From Actinomycetota bacterium (GTDB lineage: Bacteria; Actinomycetota; Thermoleophilia; Solirubrobacterales; JACPNS01): 64,000 nt of DNA. A program made the translations under genes and the position numbers. The first letter of the stretch is position 1, and each line of letters begins with the position of its first letter. The stretch covers positions 4,749-68,748 of the forward strand of contig JACQZY010000003.1 of the NCBI GenBank assembly GCA_016213645.1, written 5' to 3'. Positions 36,596 to 45,439 of this stretch are shown piece by piece. The notes under the pieces were generated by a model, which was given only the letters and a program-made list of their open reading frames with translations, had not been told where the DNA came from and did no database searches.

Positions 36596-36961
36596 TCAGC
36601 GCTGTTTGAGCATGTGTACGTCGACCATGAAGGAGCGCGAGGCCACCACGTCCTTACGGCGGCGGCGCGCCAGACCGGGAGCGGGTTTGGCGAGTTTCTG
36701 CGCGGCACGCGCGATCACCACGGTCGCGGCTCCCGCGACCACTCCCCCGGCCGTCGCCACCGCAACGTTGCGCACGGCTACATCGGATTCTTTGCGCACC
36801 TCAAGCGCCCGCAGTTCGGTGGCCTCGGGCAACGCGCGCCGCGTCGCCGGCAGTGAGTTTCGAGAGGCATCGCCCGTATCCGCCGGTAGTTCGGCGATTT
36901 CGGCGTCGATCACGATCTCGCCGGAGTCGTCCGACTTGTCTTTGCCACGCCCAAAAGCCAT
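36596..36961 (-). CDS. Hypothetical small protein with one hydrophobic segment
   Basis: 121-aa ORF, 77 nt downstream of the acyltransferase gene on the same strand. Acidic N-terminus, hydrophobic VAVATAGGVVAGAATVVIA, basic tail. GC-rich third codon positions. No family recognised. Confidence 0.45.
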   Translation of the reverse strand: MAFGRGKDKSDDSGEIVIDAEIAELPADTGDASRNSLPATRRALPEATELRALEVRKESDVAVRNVAVATAGGVVAGAATVVIARAAQKLAKPAPGLARRRRKDVVASRSFMVDVHMLKQR

Positions 36962-37038
36962 GCGCGCAGTCTAACGCCGCGGGCGACGGGCGCCGCCGCG
37001 CCCAAGTCGGCGACCCCGCTCAGACGGCCGCGATCGCC

Positions 37039-38166
37039 TCAGAGCATCCGCTCGTAGATCCTGAAGACTTTGATGACCTCGCCGCCCATGCCCACGATCA
37101 CCTTGTTTATTGCCTTGTTGTCCTCCAGAATCCAGCCCATCGTGCCGCCGGTCACGCCGGTCTTTTCGGCGGCGGTGAAGTGTTCGGCGTACAGTCGTGC
37201 GCCCAGTCCCGTTGTGCGGTACTTGGGCTTGGCTCCCAGCACGAACACGCGCACGCGGTCGATCTTGCGCTTGTACCACAGGGCCTTCAGCCAGCCGAAC
37301 GGCAAGAGGCGGCCGTTCAGGTGCTTGAGCACGATGTTGAAGTCCGGCAGCGTCAGCGCGGCGGCGGCGTTGTCGCCGTCTTTCGCGACCATCACAAACG
37401 CCCAGTTGCCGTCCAGAATCGGCTTTAGGTCCTTCGCGTAATGGCGCACCTCGTGCTCGGTCAGCGGCACAAACGCCCAGTTCTTCTCCCACGAGGCGTT
37501 GTAGATGTCCAAAAAGCGATCCACGTCCTCGTTGATCGTGCGGCGCGAAAACGGCTTCAGCGTGAAGCTCGATTCGTCCACGCGGCGAGCGGCGCCCCAG
37601 ATCGCCGGATGCACCTTTTCTTTGTCGGTGACCTCAAGCGAATACATCAGCAGGTCCTTTGCCTTCGCGAAGCCGGCGGCGTCGAACAGCGGCGGGTAGT
37701 AACGCGGCGTGTGCATTTCCAGGATCGAGGGCGGCACGTCGAAGCCGTCCACCACCACGCCAAGTTCATCGTTGGTCGTGTAGCTCATCGGCCCGACCAT
37801 GCGGTCGCGGCCTCGCTCGCGCAGCCAGCCGGCGGCCGTGTCAAACAGCGCTGCGGCGGCGTCCGGATCGTCCTCGCATTCGAACCAGCCGAAGAGTCCC
37901 CAGTCGTTGCCCTGAAACTCGTTGAAGTTGTGGTCAATGTGCGCGCTGATGCGGCCAATGGCCCGACCGTCGCGCCATGCGATGAAGAACTCGGCCTCGG
38001 AATGCTCAAACCACGGATTCTTCTTCGGGTTGAGCCGGCTCTTCACATCCATCAGCAGCGGAGCGACCCAAAGCGGATCGTCCTTGTACAGACGGAAAGG
38101 CAGCTTGATGAAGGTGTTCCATTCGCGCCTGCCGCGGACGGGGCGCACGTCGATAGGATCGCTCAC
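37039..38166 (-). CDS. Uncharacterised GNAT-fold acyltransferase family protein (about 375 aa)
   Basis: GTG 38166 (VSDPIDVRPVRGRREWNTFIKLPFRLYKDDPLWVAPLL..). The C-terminal half looks acyl-CoA N-acyltransferase-like (VLGAKPKYRTTGLGARLYAE .. GTMGWILEDNKAINKVI). The upstream 89 residues of the track ORF are antisense to the neighbouring gene. Confidence 0.7.
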   Translation of the reverse strand: MSDPIDVRPVRGRREWNTFIKLPFRLYKDDPLWVAPLLMDVKSRLNPKKNPWFEHSEAEFFIAWRDGRAIGRISAHIDHNFNEFQGNDWGLFGWFECEDDPDAAAALFDTAAGWLRERGRDRMVGPMSYTTNDELGVVVDGFDVPPSILEMHTPRYYPPLFDAAGFAKAKDLLMYSLEVTDKEKVHPAIWGAARRVDESSFTLKPFSRRTINEDVDRFLDIYNASWEKNWAFVPLTEHEVRHYAKDLKPILDGNWAFVMVAKDGDNAAAALTLPDFNIVLKHLNGRLLPFGWLKALWYKRKIDRVRVFVLGAKPKYRTTGLGARLYAEHFTAAEKTGVTGGTMGWILEDNKAINKVIVGMGGEVIKVFRIYERML

Positions 38167-38170
38167 GGAG

Positions 38171-39526
38171 ATGGACTCTAACCAGCAGCTCACCGGAAAC
38201 AAGTCGGCGTCGGCTGACGACAACGGTGGCGCGCCGGACGATCCGGCCGCGACCGCCTCCATTCGCGCGCCCGCGCTTGACCTCTTCGAACGCGCCCGCC
38301 ACCACGACCGCGCCGAGATCATCGCCGCCGCCCGCGAGCACGACATGCTGCCGTTCTTCCGCCTGCTCGAAGGCCCGGCCGGGCCGGTCGTGCAGATGGA
38401 GGGACGCGAGCGCGTGATGCTGGGCAGCAACAACTACCTCGGGCTGACCGGCGACCCGCGCGTGATCGCCGGCGCGCGCGACGCGCTTGACAAGTACGGC
38501 ACCGCGCTGACCGGATCGCGCCTGCTCAACGGAACGATCGAGCCGCACGTGGAGCTTGAGCGCGAGATCGCCGACTGGATGGGCGTGGCCGACGCGTTGG
38601 TCTTCACCACCGGCTACCAGGCCAATCTCGGCACGCTCAGCGCCCTGCTGGAGGCGCGAGACACCGTAATCTGCGACGCCGGCGATCACGCGTCGCTGCT
38701 TGACGGCATCAAACTCTCCGGGGCGAAGGTGCGCCCCTTCAGACACGGTCGCCTGGACAAACTTGAAACGATGCTCGATCGCGCCTGCGGCGACGGCGGC
38801 GGCGTGCTTGTGGTGGTGGACGGCGTCTACTCCATGGAGGGCGACATTTGCGACCTGCCCCGCGTCGCCGAACTTGCCAAGACTTATGGCGCGCGACTGA
38901 TGGTGGACGAGGCCCACGGCTGCGGCGTGCTGGGCACGCGCGGCGCGGGAGCATGCGAACTGCTGGGCGTCGAAGACCGCGTAGACCTGCGCATGGGCAC
39001 TTTCAGCAAGTCGCTTGCCAGCTGCGGCGGCTTCATCGCGGCAGAGGCCGAGATCATCGATTTCCTGCGCCTTTACGCACGCTCGTTCCTGTTCACGGCC
39101 TCGGCCGTACCGGCGGCGATCGGGGCGGCGCTCGCGGCGGTGAAGATCGCGAAATCCGGCGAAGGACGCGATCTGCTCGCGCGCGTACTGACCAACGCGG
39201 AGTATCTGTGGACGTCACTTCAGGAGCGCGGAGTACGCGTGATCGACCCAGGCAGCGAACTCGGCAGCCGCTACGGCGTGAAACCGTTTACGCCGATCGT
39301 GCCGATCCTGATCGGCGAAGACTGGGAGGCCGGGCTGGTCTGGAAGAAGCTTTATGACGCCGGCGTCTACTGCAACGTGGCGATGCACCCGGCCGTACCT
39401 CACGGAGGCGCGCTGCTGCGCACAAGCGTGATGGCCACCCACGAACGCGAGCACCTTGATCGTGCGATCGAGGCGATCATGGCCGTGTCCGTTGAGCATC
39501 CGGCGATGTTGCTCAACGCGGAGTAA
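38171..39526 (+). CDS. Alpha-oxoamine synthase family PLP enzyme (BioF/KBL/serine palmitoyltransferase-like)
   Basis: ATG 38171 (MDSNQQLTGN..). GSNNYLGLTGDPRV, LTGSRLLNGT, DEAHGCGVLG, and the PLP-lysine context GTFSKSLASCGGF. The track ORF start at 37922 is antisense to the acyltransferase. Confidence 0.88.
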   Translation: MDSNQQLTGNKSASADDNGGAPDDPAATASIRAPALDLFERARHHDRAEIIAAAREHDMLPFFRLLEGPAGPVVQMEGRERVMLGSNNYLGLTGDPRVIAGARDALDKYGTALTGSRLLNGTIEPHVELEREIADWMGVADALVFTTGYQANLGTLSALLEARDTVICDAGDHASLLDGIKLSGAKVRPFRHGRLDKLETMLDRACGDGGGVLVVVDGVYSMEGDICDLPRVAELAKTYGARLMVDEAHGCGVLGTRGAGACELLGVEDRVDLRMGTFSKSLASCGGFIAAEAEIIDFLRLYARSFLFTASAVPAAIGAALAAVKIAKSGEGRDLLARVLTNAEYLWTSLQERGVRVIDPGSELGSRYGVKPFTPIVPILIGEDWEAGLVWKKLYDAGVYCNVAMHPAVPHGGALLRTSVMATHEREHLDRAIEAIMAVSVEHPAMLLNAE

Positions 39527-40053
39527 CCGGTCCTTTTCACCCGTCTCGGGCGATCCGGCCGATTTTGGCCGGTTGGCCAGTTTTCCCAGTGTTCATGCGG
39601 GATTTGTGACGATCAGCACGCCATCGGGTGTGTGAAAGATTGTCCAGCTTTTCACAAAGTCACCGTCCTACGAAAAACCCGCTCTAAGCGAGTTTTTCGA
39701 ACGGCCAAGTTACAAATCGGCAACAAAAATCCCTATGGTTGGTCGCCTGGACACGGACACTCGGCCGTGCCGCTGGAGAGTTTTTCGGAGATTTTGGGGA
39801 GCAAAATCGGCGCCGACCTGACAAGCGTGGCGATTCCGAAAACTCGAGATCTTCCAGCGGCGACAGCGAGGTCCGATGTCGGTCTCTGCGAAGGAACCTG
39901 GCAACAGGATGTTGATTCGAACAAGCGATTTAGTGAGGGGATTACGCGATGCACTCAGCGGTTAGTGAGAAATCCATCAACGAGAGGCGCCCGGAAAAGG
40001 ACCGGAATCCGGCGGACGGCACGAAATCGGCAATTGGCGGAGGACGCCAGAAC

Positions 40054-40380
40054 ATGCGCGCGCTGGAGCACGCGAACCGAATCCGGCTCGCGCGCGCCGA
40101 ACTGAAGCGGCGGATCGCGAAGGGCGACGTGTCCGTGGCCGAGATCCTGCTTGAGCCCGGCGACGAGGTCGCAGGCATGGCGATCACTGAGCTGCTGGCC
40201 AGCCAGAAGCGCTGGGGCGCCACCCGCTGCAGCAAGTTCATGGACTCGATCGGTCTTCACGAGACCAAGACGGTGCGCTCGCTGACCGAACGCCAGCGAA
40301 CCGCCGTCGCGGCCGTACTGCAGGCCGGGCGCCTGGCGCCGGACCTGACGGCCTCCGTCGTGTTCAGAGCCGCTGCCTGA
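40054..40380 (+). CDS. mihF: Actinobacterial-type integration host factor (mIHF)-like protein
   Basis: ATG 40054 is preceded by GGAGGA plus 9 nt. RLARAELKRRIAKGDVSVAEILLEPGDEVAGMAITELLASQKRWGATRCSKFMDSIGLHETKTVRSLTERQRTAVAAVL aligns by eye with Mycobacterium mIHF (ARAELKDRLKRG..VLGKMKVSALLEALPKVGKVKA..RRLRGLGDRQRKALLEKF). Confidence 0.72.
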   Translation: MRALEHANRIRLARAELKRRIAKGDVSVAEILLEPGDEVAGMAITELLASQKRWGATRCSKFMDSIGLHETKTVRSLTERQRTAVAAVLQAGRLAPDLTASVVFRAAA

Positions 40381-40493
40381 GCCCGATGTCGGTTCCCTTC
40401 GTGACCCGGTGACCAAATCCTGACCGCCCCCGCCGGAGCCCGGAGAGAGGCTCCGGCGATCCGGCCGTAACGGGGCGCGTTAGGGTCTGCGGC

Positions 40494-41036
40494 ATGCACG
40501 ACGACGACACCTCCGCCAAATCCGCCGAGCCGGCGCCTCCGCCGCCCGCCGTTACGGACGGGTCCCCGGCCTCGAGCGATTCGGACCAGTCCACGCGAGA
40601 CGCCGTGGCGCCTCGCGACCTGCGCCTGCGCGGTATTCACCACCTGACGGCGATCTGCTCCAACCTCGAGCGCACGGTGTCGTTTTATCGTGACCTCTTG
40701 GGCCTCTCGCTGATTAAACGCACACACAACGACGACGACCCCGGCGCGAGACACTTTTACTTCGGCGACCCGGAGGGAACGCCGGGAACGATGGTGACGT
40801 TCCTGGAATACCCAAGCATGGATCCGGGACAGATCGGCGTCGGCGTCGTACACCACTTCGCGCTGCGCGCCGGCACGATCGAAGAGCTCGAAGCCTGGTA
40901 CCGGCATCTCCGCGATCACGGCATTCAATGCACGCAGCCGCTTGACCGCACGTACTTCAGCTCGATTTACTTTCGCGATCCAGACGGCAACATCATCGAA
41001 ATCGCGACCGATGGGCCAGGGCTCGTGATCGAATGA
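40494..41036 (+). CDS. VOC (glyoxalase/bleomycin-resistance/ring-cleaving dioxygenase) family protein
   Basis: 180 aa with a disordered Pro/Ser-rich N-terminus, then GIHHLTAICSNLERTVSFYRDLLGL .. VHHFALRAG .. SIYFRDPDGNIIEIATD. Confidence 0.85.
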   Translation: MHDDDTSAKSAEPAPPPPAVTDGSPASSDSDQSTRDAVAPRDLRLRGIHHLTAICSNLERTVSFYRDLLGLSLIKRTHNDDDPGARHFYFGDPEGTPGTMVTFLEYPSMDPGQIGVGVVHHFALRAGTIEELEAWYRHLRDHGIQCTQPLDRTYFSSIYFRDPDGNIIEIATDGPGLVIE

Positions 41037-41126
41037 CCAGTGGTCGAGTGGCCCGGTCGGGTGACCTTCTCGATCGCGACTATGCGGACACGATCCACAA
41101 ACCACTCGGCCGGCAGACGAATTCGC

Positions 41127-41510
41127 CTAAGTCGGCGCGAGAGTTGAGCCTCCGCCTCCGGCAAAGAACATAAACCAGAAGCCGAATGCCGCGAATGCCA
41201 GCATCGCGCTGATCACGAGCACTGGCTCTAACGGCGTCTTTTGCGGATCATGCCCGTTGTGCGAGGCGAATTCCTGCTGGTACGTGCGGTTCAGCACGCC
41301 AAGCGTCTTGACCAGCCCTACGATCGTCGCCAGCGCGCCGATGCCCATGACGACTACGGCGATGTTGAGCGAATCGGTGGAGGATTTCACCATCGACCCT
41401 ACGTACAGCCATCCGACCGGCACTCCGACCCACATCGTCAGTCCGATTACGAACATTGCGGCGGTGCTCATTCGCATCCGCGGCGAGCGGTTGATGCTTT
41501 CAGCTTCCAT
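41127..41510 (-). CDS. Hypothetical membrane protein (4 TM)
   Basis: ATG 41510 is preceded by AGGGGA plus 9 nt (MEAESINRSPRMRMSTAAMFVIGL..). The track start at 41537 is 9 codons upstream. Four hydrophobic segments. Confidence 0.6.
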   Translation of the reverse strand: MEAESINRSPRMRMSTAAMFVIGLTMWVGVPVGWLYVGSMVKSSTDSLNIAVVVMGIGALATIVGLVKTLGVLNRTYQQEFASHNGHDPQKTPLEPVLVISAMLAFAAFGFWFMFFAGGGGSTLAPT

Positions 41511-41598
41511 TTGAACAATTCCCCTGGTAGACAGCATGACGCAAACTCCCCCGCAAACATCCAGCTGCCAAATACCCGAATGTCTGAGCCTAAGTTGG

Positions 41599-41621
41599 CA
41601 AAAAATAGCGCAGCCTGCGCT
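41599..41621 (-). terminator. Candidate intrinsic terminator ending the mce-mmpL transcription unit
   Basis: The minus-strand RNA reads AGCGCA-GGC-UGCGCU followed by AUUUUUUG. The stem is short (6 bp) and the loop is 3 nt, but a U6 tract is conspicuous in this GC-rich DNA. It lies 15 nt after the stop at 41636. Confidence 0.45.
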
Positions 41622-41635
41622 TGGCGGTCGGCATC

Positions 41636-42100
41636 CTAAGCACGGCGTCCGCCTGATCGGCGAATGAAATCGCGACGCAGCATCGGATAACTGAGCGCAA
41701 ACACGCCGATCGCGACGGCAGCGCGCGGTGCGATGCCGATCTTCACCAACGCGGTCGAACCGATCAGTGCAAGAAGCGCGAGCATTCCCGCGAGCAGGCC
41801 GGCATGCGTGCGGTAGCCGTTGAAATGCTCGCGCAGCACGGTGTCCAGTCCGCCAAGCACACCGAGTGTGAAGCCGGCGGCAAACGTCGCCTTTTGCAGG
41901 TCGCCCGAGCTGAAGAAGCCTATTCCGATGCAGATCAGTCCGAGCAGGATCCCCAGCTCGGTCAGCGGAAACGGATCCCAGGGGGCCGGCGGGCGAGCTT
42001 TGATGTTGCGCTCGGCCGCGGCTGCCGAGGCAGAAGCGCGTCGGCGGAGCTGTTCGCCGCGCCTCGGCTCACCTGGTCCGCTGCGACTGTCCGGACGCAT
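41636..42100 (-). CDS. Hypothetical membrane protein (last gene of the mce-mmpL unit)
   Basis: ATG 42100 lies 16 nt after the upstream stop (MRPDSRSGPGEPRRGEQLRRR..). A basic N-terminus is followed by about 4 TM segments. The 31 extra residues of the track ORF overlap the upstream gene. Confidence 0.6.
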   Translation of the reverse strand: MRPDSRSGPGEPRRGEQLRRRASASAAAAERNIKARPPAPWDPFPLTELGILLGLICIGIGFFSSGDLQKATFAAGFTLGVLGGLDTVLREHFNGYRTHAGLLAGMLALLALIGSTALVKIGIAPRAAVAIGVFALSYPMLRRDFIRRSGGRRA

Positions 42101-42116
42101 ATGTCGGCGTGATCGC

Positions 42117-42752
42117 TTACCCACCGGTTTTCGCTTTCGGATCGGGCTTGGCCGCCACCGCGCGCCGCAGTGCGGCGGTGTCCAGCAACCCAAGCTTGAC
42201 GCCCGTGATCCGCCCGTCGCGGGCGAAATACGTGGAGGGGCAACCGCTCACCAGGAACAGCTCGGCCGCCGCAGCGTCGCGGTCGACAACCACGGGAATC
42301 GTCCAGCCGTGTTCGCGGGCGGTCTGGGCTACCGACTTCACCGGCTCCTTGAAGGCAAGCGCGGCGACATGAACGCTCTTGTCGGTCGCGAAGGCACGCT
42401 GCATCTCATCGACCTGGCGCACGCAAACCGGTTTGTCGCGACGCCAGAACGTGATCACGGCATTGCCGGTCAGATCGCGACACGACACAAACGCACCCTT
42501 CACTCTGACTTCACATGCCGCATTCGCGTTCCCACGCACGGCGGCCTCACGACTGACGACGTTGGCGTCCAAGTCCAACCCACTGCTTGCCAGTGGCGCG
42601 GCGAACTGCGGCAACTCGTACCCGATCAGCTTTTCGGAACCGGCGGGACCGTTGCCGTTCAACATCTTGATGAGCGTAAACCCAATCCCGGCAACCGCGA
42701 CGATCGCCACCACCATGCCGATCCGGCCGACGATTCGCTGACTCGGGTACAT
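42117..42752 (-). CDS. Membrane-anchored thioredoxin-fold (TlpA/redoxin-like) protein lacking a CXXC motif
   Basis: 211 aa. TM anchor IGMVVAIVAVAGIGFTLI. Redoxin-like layout: PQFAAPL .. AVITFWRRDKPVCVRQ .. ALAFKE .. GWTIPVVVDRD .. GCPSTYFARDGRI. Only single Cys residues sit where CXXC is expected. Its ATG overlaps the MMPL stop by 1 nt (TGATG). Confidence 0.65.
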   Translation of the reverse strand: MYPSQRIVGRIGMVVAIVAVAGIGFTLIKMLNGNGPAGSEKLIGYELPQFAAPLASSGLDLDANVVSREAAVRGNANAACEVRVKGAFVSCRDLTGNAVITFWRRDKPVCVRQVDEMQRAFATDKSVHVAALAFKEPVKSVAQTAREHGWTIPVVVDRDAAAAELFLVSGCPSTYFARDGRITGVKLGLLDTAALRRAVAAKPDPKAKTGG

Positions 42753-45412
42753 CAGCGCGAAGCCGCGGACTCGGCCGATTCGACGTCGTCGTCAATTCCG
42801 ATGTCGCGGTCGGGTTCCGACGGCGGCGTACCGCCGACCGGCGCGCGGTCGCGCCCAAACCGGCCGCCCCCGCGATCGCGTTCAAACCAAAGGGTTGCCG
42901 CGGGCAGGAGCAACACGGCACCCACCAGGGCCACCGCGAGGTCTACGACCGCGACGAGCGCGAAACCGCGAAGCATCCGAATGTCGGCCAGCGCCAGCAC
43001 GGCAAATCCGGATATCGCGGTCACACCGGAGGCAAACACCGCCGGTCCGATCGCACGATAAGCGCGTCGAAACGCCGCCTCCACGCCGAGCGAGTCGTCC
43101 CGTCGGCGTTCGCTCAGGTACTGCATGTAAATCAGAAGCGTGAACTCCCCGGCGATCGCAATCACGAAGACCGCGAGAGCCGCCGACATCGGGTTCAGGT
43201 CCACGCGGGCGACAAAAAGCAGCAACGACGACACCCCGGCAGCGAGCGCCACGGTCAACGCCGGTGGCGCCGCCCGCCGTGCGGATCGCGTGACGGCGAT
43301 GACGATCAGAAGAAACAGCAGTAGCGCGACTCCCGCGATCAATGCTCGGCGTAGCGGATTGGAGAGTGCGCCACCCGCATCGGCCGCCAACGCCGTAAGA
43401 CCCACGATTTCCGCGGTCGTCCCTTTTGGCGGGTGTAGTTGCTCGCGCATCATGTCGATCACCCGCTTCTGATCGCTCAGTGAATTGAGCCGCACACCAA
43501 AAGCCATCGTCGCCGTCCTGCGGTCCTTGCTGACCAGGCCCTTCGAAAAATCACCGACCGAACGCAGCAGCTTACGGATACCCGAGGTGCTCAGCTGCTG
43601 CTGATTCTCGAAAAGCGACGCCAACGATGCGGCAGGACACAGATCTGATTTTTCGCACGTCGGATGCTTGCCTTTGTATCCGGCACGCGCCAGCACGTCG
43701 GACTGGTAGCTCCGCATCCAGCCAATGACCTCTGGATCAGTGACGTCGGCCGACTTGACGAATACGTCCACCTCTCCGGCGGTGCCGGTCGCCTTCTGGA
43801 GGGCCGCCAGATCCTTGCCTGCGGATGAGCCGTCAGGCACCAGTTGGCGCACCTCTGTGCCGACAGGCGAAAACAGTGCGGCGCCCCAGCCAAACGCCGC
43901 CAATACACAAGCCACAGCAAGCACGCGACCGGGCCGGGCAATTACCGCGCCGAACGCTCTGCGCAGACGTATCCAACCTGCCACTCGCTCGGCGGGTTCG
44001 CGGCGCGGACGTCCGCGCGTCGCGCCTCCGGCCCAGCCAAGCACGGCGAATCCGGATGTCATCACCACGACAACCGCGATACACACACCGGCCACCAGCA
44101 ACAGTCCGAAACCGCGCACCAATGGTACCGGCGAAAGCCCCATCGCCACCAGTGCCGCGACCGTCGCGAATGCGGCCGTCAGCACCGGAGGCCCGCCTGA
44201 CCCGGCGGCATGGCGCACCGCCGCAGCGGGTTCGGCGCCGTTGGCCATCGCACGATCGGCGCGCGCGTGAAACTGAATCGCGTAATCCACCGCTAGGCCG
44301 ATCAATACGGGCAGCACCGCCACCGCGCCTACGCCGATGTTAGAACCGGTCAACGCCAGCAGTCCGTAGGTGAACGCCGCCGCCATCAAAGCAAGTACCA
44401 GCGGCAACAGGCGCATCTCGGCGGGAAAAACGAAGAACAACACCAGCGCCATCACGATCAACGCGCCGATCAACAACGTGACGACTGCCGTCTCGATCGC
44501 GTCCTGCGCCCCGGTCATCACGACCGGTGCGCCGGTCACCGTGAAGTTGCCGTGATCGAGTTGGTAACGATCCTGCGCGACCGCGCGCTTGACCAGATCG
44601 ACGGCCTCCGCGCGCTGCCCCGGCGTGAGATCCGGACGCAGGCGAATCTGAATCACTGCGCTCCTGGTATTTGGAAAGATGTACTGAAAGCGCGATTTCG
44701 GCGTCTTTGAGCCTCGCGACGGGTCGAAGACCAACTGTGCCACGAACGCCGGGTTGTCAACCGACGGCAGGCTGCCGACCGAAAGACCGTACTCCTGGCC
44801 CATCTGCAACGCATCGCGGGCAGCTCGAAACTTCGCGAGCTCGCGCGCGGCCTCGGCAACCTGCTGCTGCGTCAGCGGCGGCTTTCCTTCGCGACGGGCG
44901 ATCTCGGCAGCGGCCGCGGCGGCGCGCTCACCCTCGGCTTCCGCCCGCGCAAGCATGCGCTTGATGCCCTGTGTAACCGTGCGCGCGGCGGTGCTGACGA
45001 ATGTCCCCGGACCGTAAACCGCTACGGCCGGCTTGAAGTCCCCAAAGCGTTTGCAGATTTGTGGCACGTCAGGCCTCGTACGTGCAGAGTTGGGGATTTT
45101 GCCCGAGATACAGCCCTCAAGGCCCAGCATCCGCCCGAGATCCGGCCCCAGCACCATCGCCGCCAGATCCCCGCGAACGAGGATCACAATCGGGTCGCCA
45201 CCGAATCGCTCTGCCCATTGCTGCGTGGCCGCGTAGGTTTTGGAATCGTTGCCGGTGATTGACTCCACGCCGGTGTCCGGCTGCAACTGCAGCGCGGCGA
45301 AGGCCGCGATCAGGGCCAGCAGGCCGACCGCCACAATCATCGGCAGCGGACGCCGCAAAGCTACACGAGCCGCGGCGGTCGAAATCCGACGAAATATTGA
45401 AGTCAGGTCCAC
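42752..45412 (-). CDS. RND-superfamily exporter, MMPL/HpnN-like
   Basis: 886 aa with a GTG start. Two 6-TM bundles are each preceded by a large extracytoplasmic domain, the typical MMPL topology. The start lies 27 nt after the last mce gene. Confidence 0.85.
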   Translation of the reverse strand: MDLTSIFRRISTAAARVALRRPLPMIVAVGLLALIAAFAALQLQPDTGVESITGNDSKTYAATQQWAERFGGDPIVILVRGDLAAMVLGPDLGRMLGLEGCISGKIPNSARTRPDVPQICKRFGDFKPAVAVYGPGTFVSTAARTVTQGIKRMLARAEAEGERAAAAAAEIARREGKPPLTQQQVAEAARELAKFRAARDALQMGQEYGLSVGSLPSVDNPAFVAQLVFDPSRGSKTPKSRFQYIFPNTRSAVIQIRLRPDLTPGQRAEAVDLVKRAVAQDRYQLDHGNFTVTGAPVVMTGAQDAIETAVVTLLIGALIVMALVLFFVFPAEMRLLPLVLALMAAAFTYGLLALTGSNIGVGAVAVLPVLIGLAVDYAIQFHARADRAMANGAEPAAAVRHAAGSGGPPVLTAAFATVAALVAMGLSPVPLVRGFGLLLVAGVCIAVVVVMTSGFAVLGWAGGATRGRPRREPAERVAGWIRLRRAFGAVIARPGRVLAVACVLAAFGWGAALFSPVGTEVRQLVPDGSSAGKDLAALQKATGTAGEVDVFVKSADVTDPEVIGWMRSYQSDVLARAGYKGKHPTCEKSDLCPAASLASLFENQQQLSTSGIRKLLRSVGDFSKGLVSKDRRTATMAFGVRLNSLSDQKRVIDMMREQLHPPKGTTAEIVGLTALAADAGGALSNPLRRALIAGVALLLFLLIVIAVTRSARRAAPPALTVALAAGVSSLLLFVARVDLNPMSAALAVFVIAIAGEFTLLIYMQYLSERRRDDSLGVEAAFRRAYRAIGPAVFASGVTAISGFAVLALADIRMLRGFALVAVVDLAVALVGAVLLLPAATLWFERDRGGGRFGRDRAPVGGTPPSEPDRDIGIDDDVESAESAASR

Positions 45413-45439
45413 GGCGGAGTGCCGGCCGGTCGTCGCACG

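Noticed and set aside
36497-36974. Plus-strand ORFs (119 and 150 aa) opposite the small minus-strand ORF 36596-36961
   Set aside because: Their translations are Arg/Ser/Ala-rich and lack any motif. The minus-strand ORF has the more protein-like composition, although it is itself only moderately supported.
39632-39657. TGTGA..TCACA dyad as a CRP/Crp-Fnr-type binding site
   Set aside because: The spacing between the TGTGA and TCACA half-sites is 16 nt, not the canonical 6 nt. It is noted only as an imperfect dyad.
39632-40105. 157-aa plus-strand ORF upstream of and overlapping the mIHF-like gene
   Set aside because: It has no family resemblance and an odd composition. It is out of frame with the well-supported mIHF-like ORF, which has a good GGAGGA SD.
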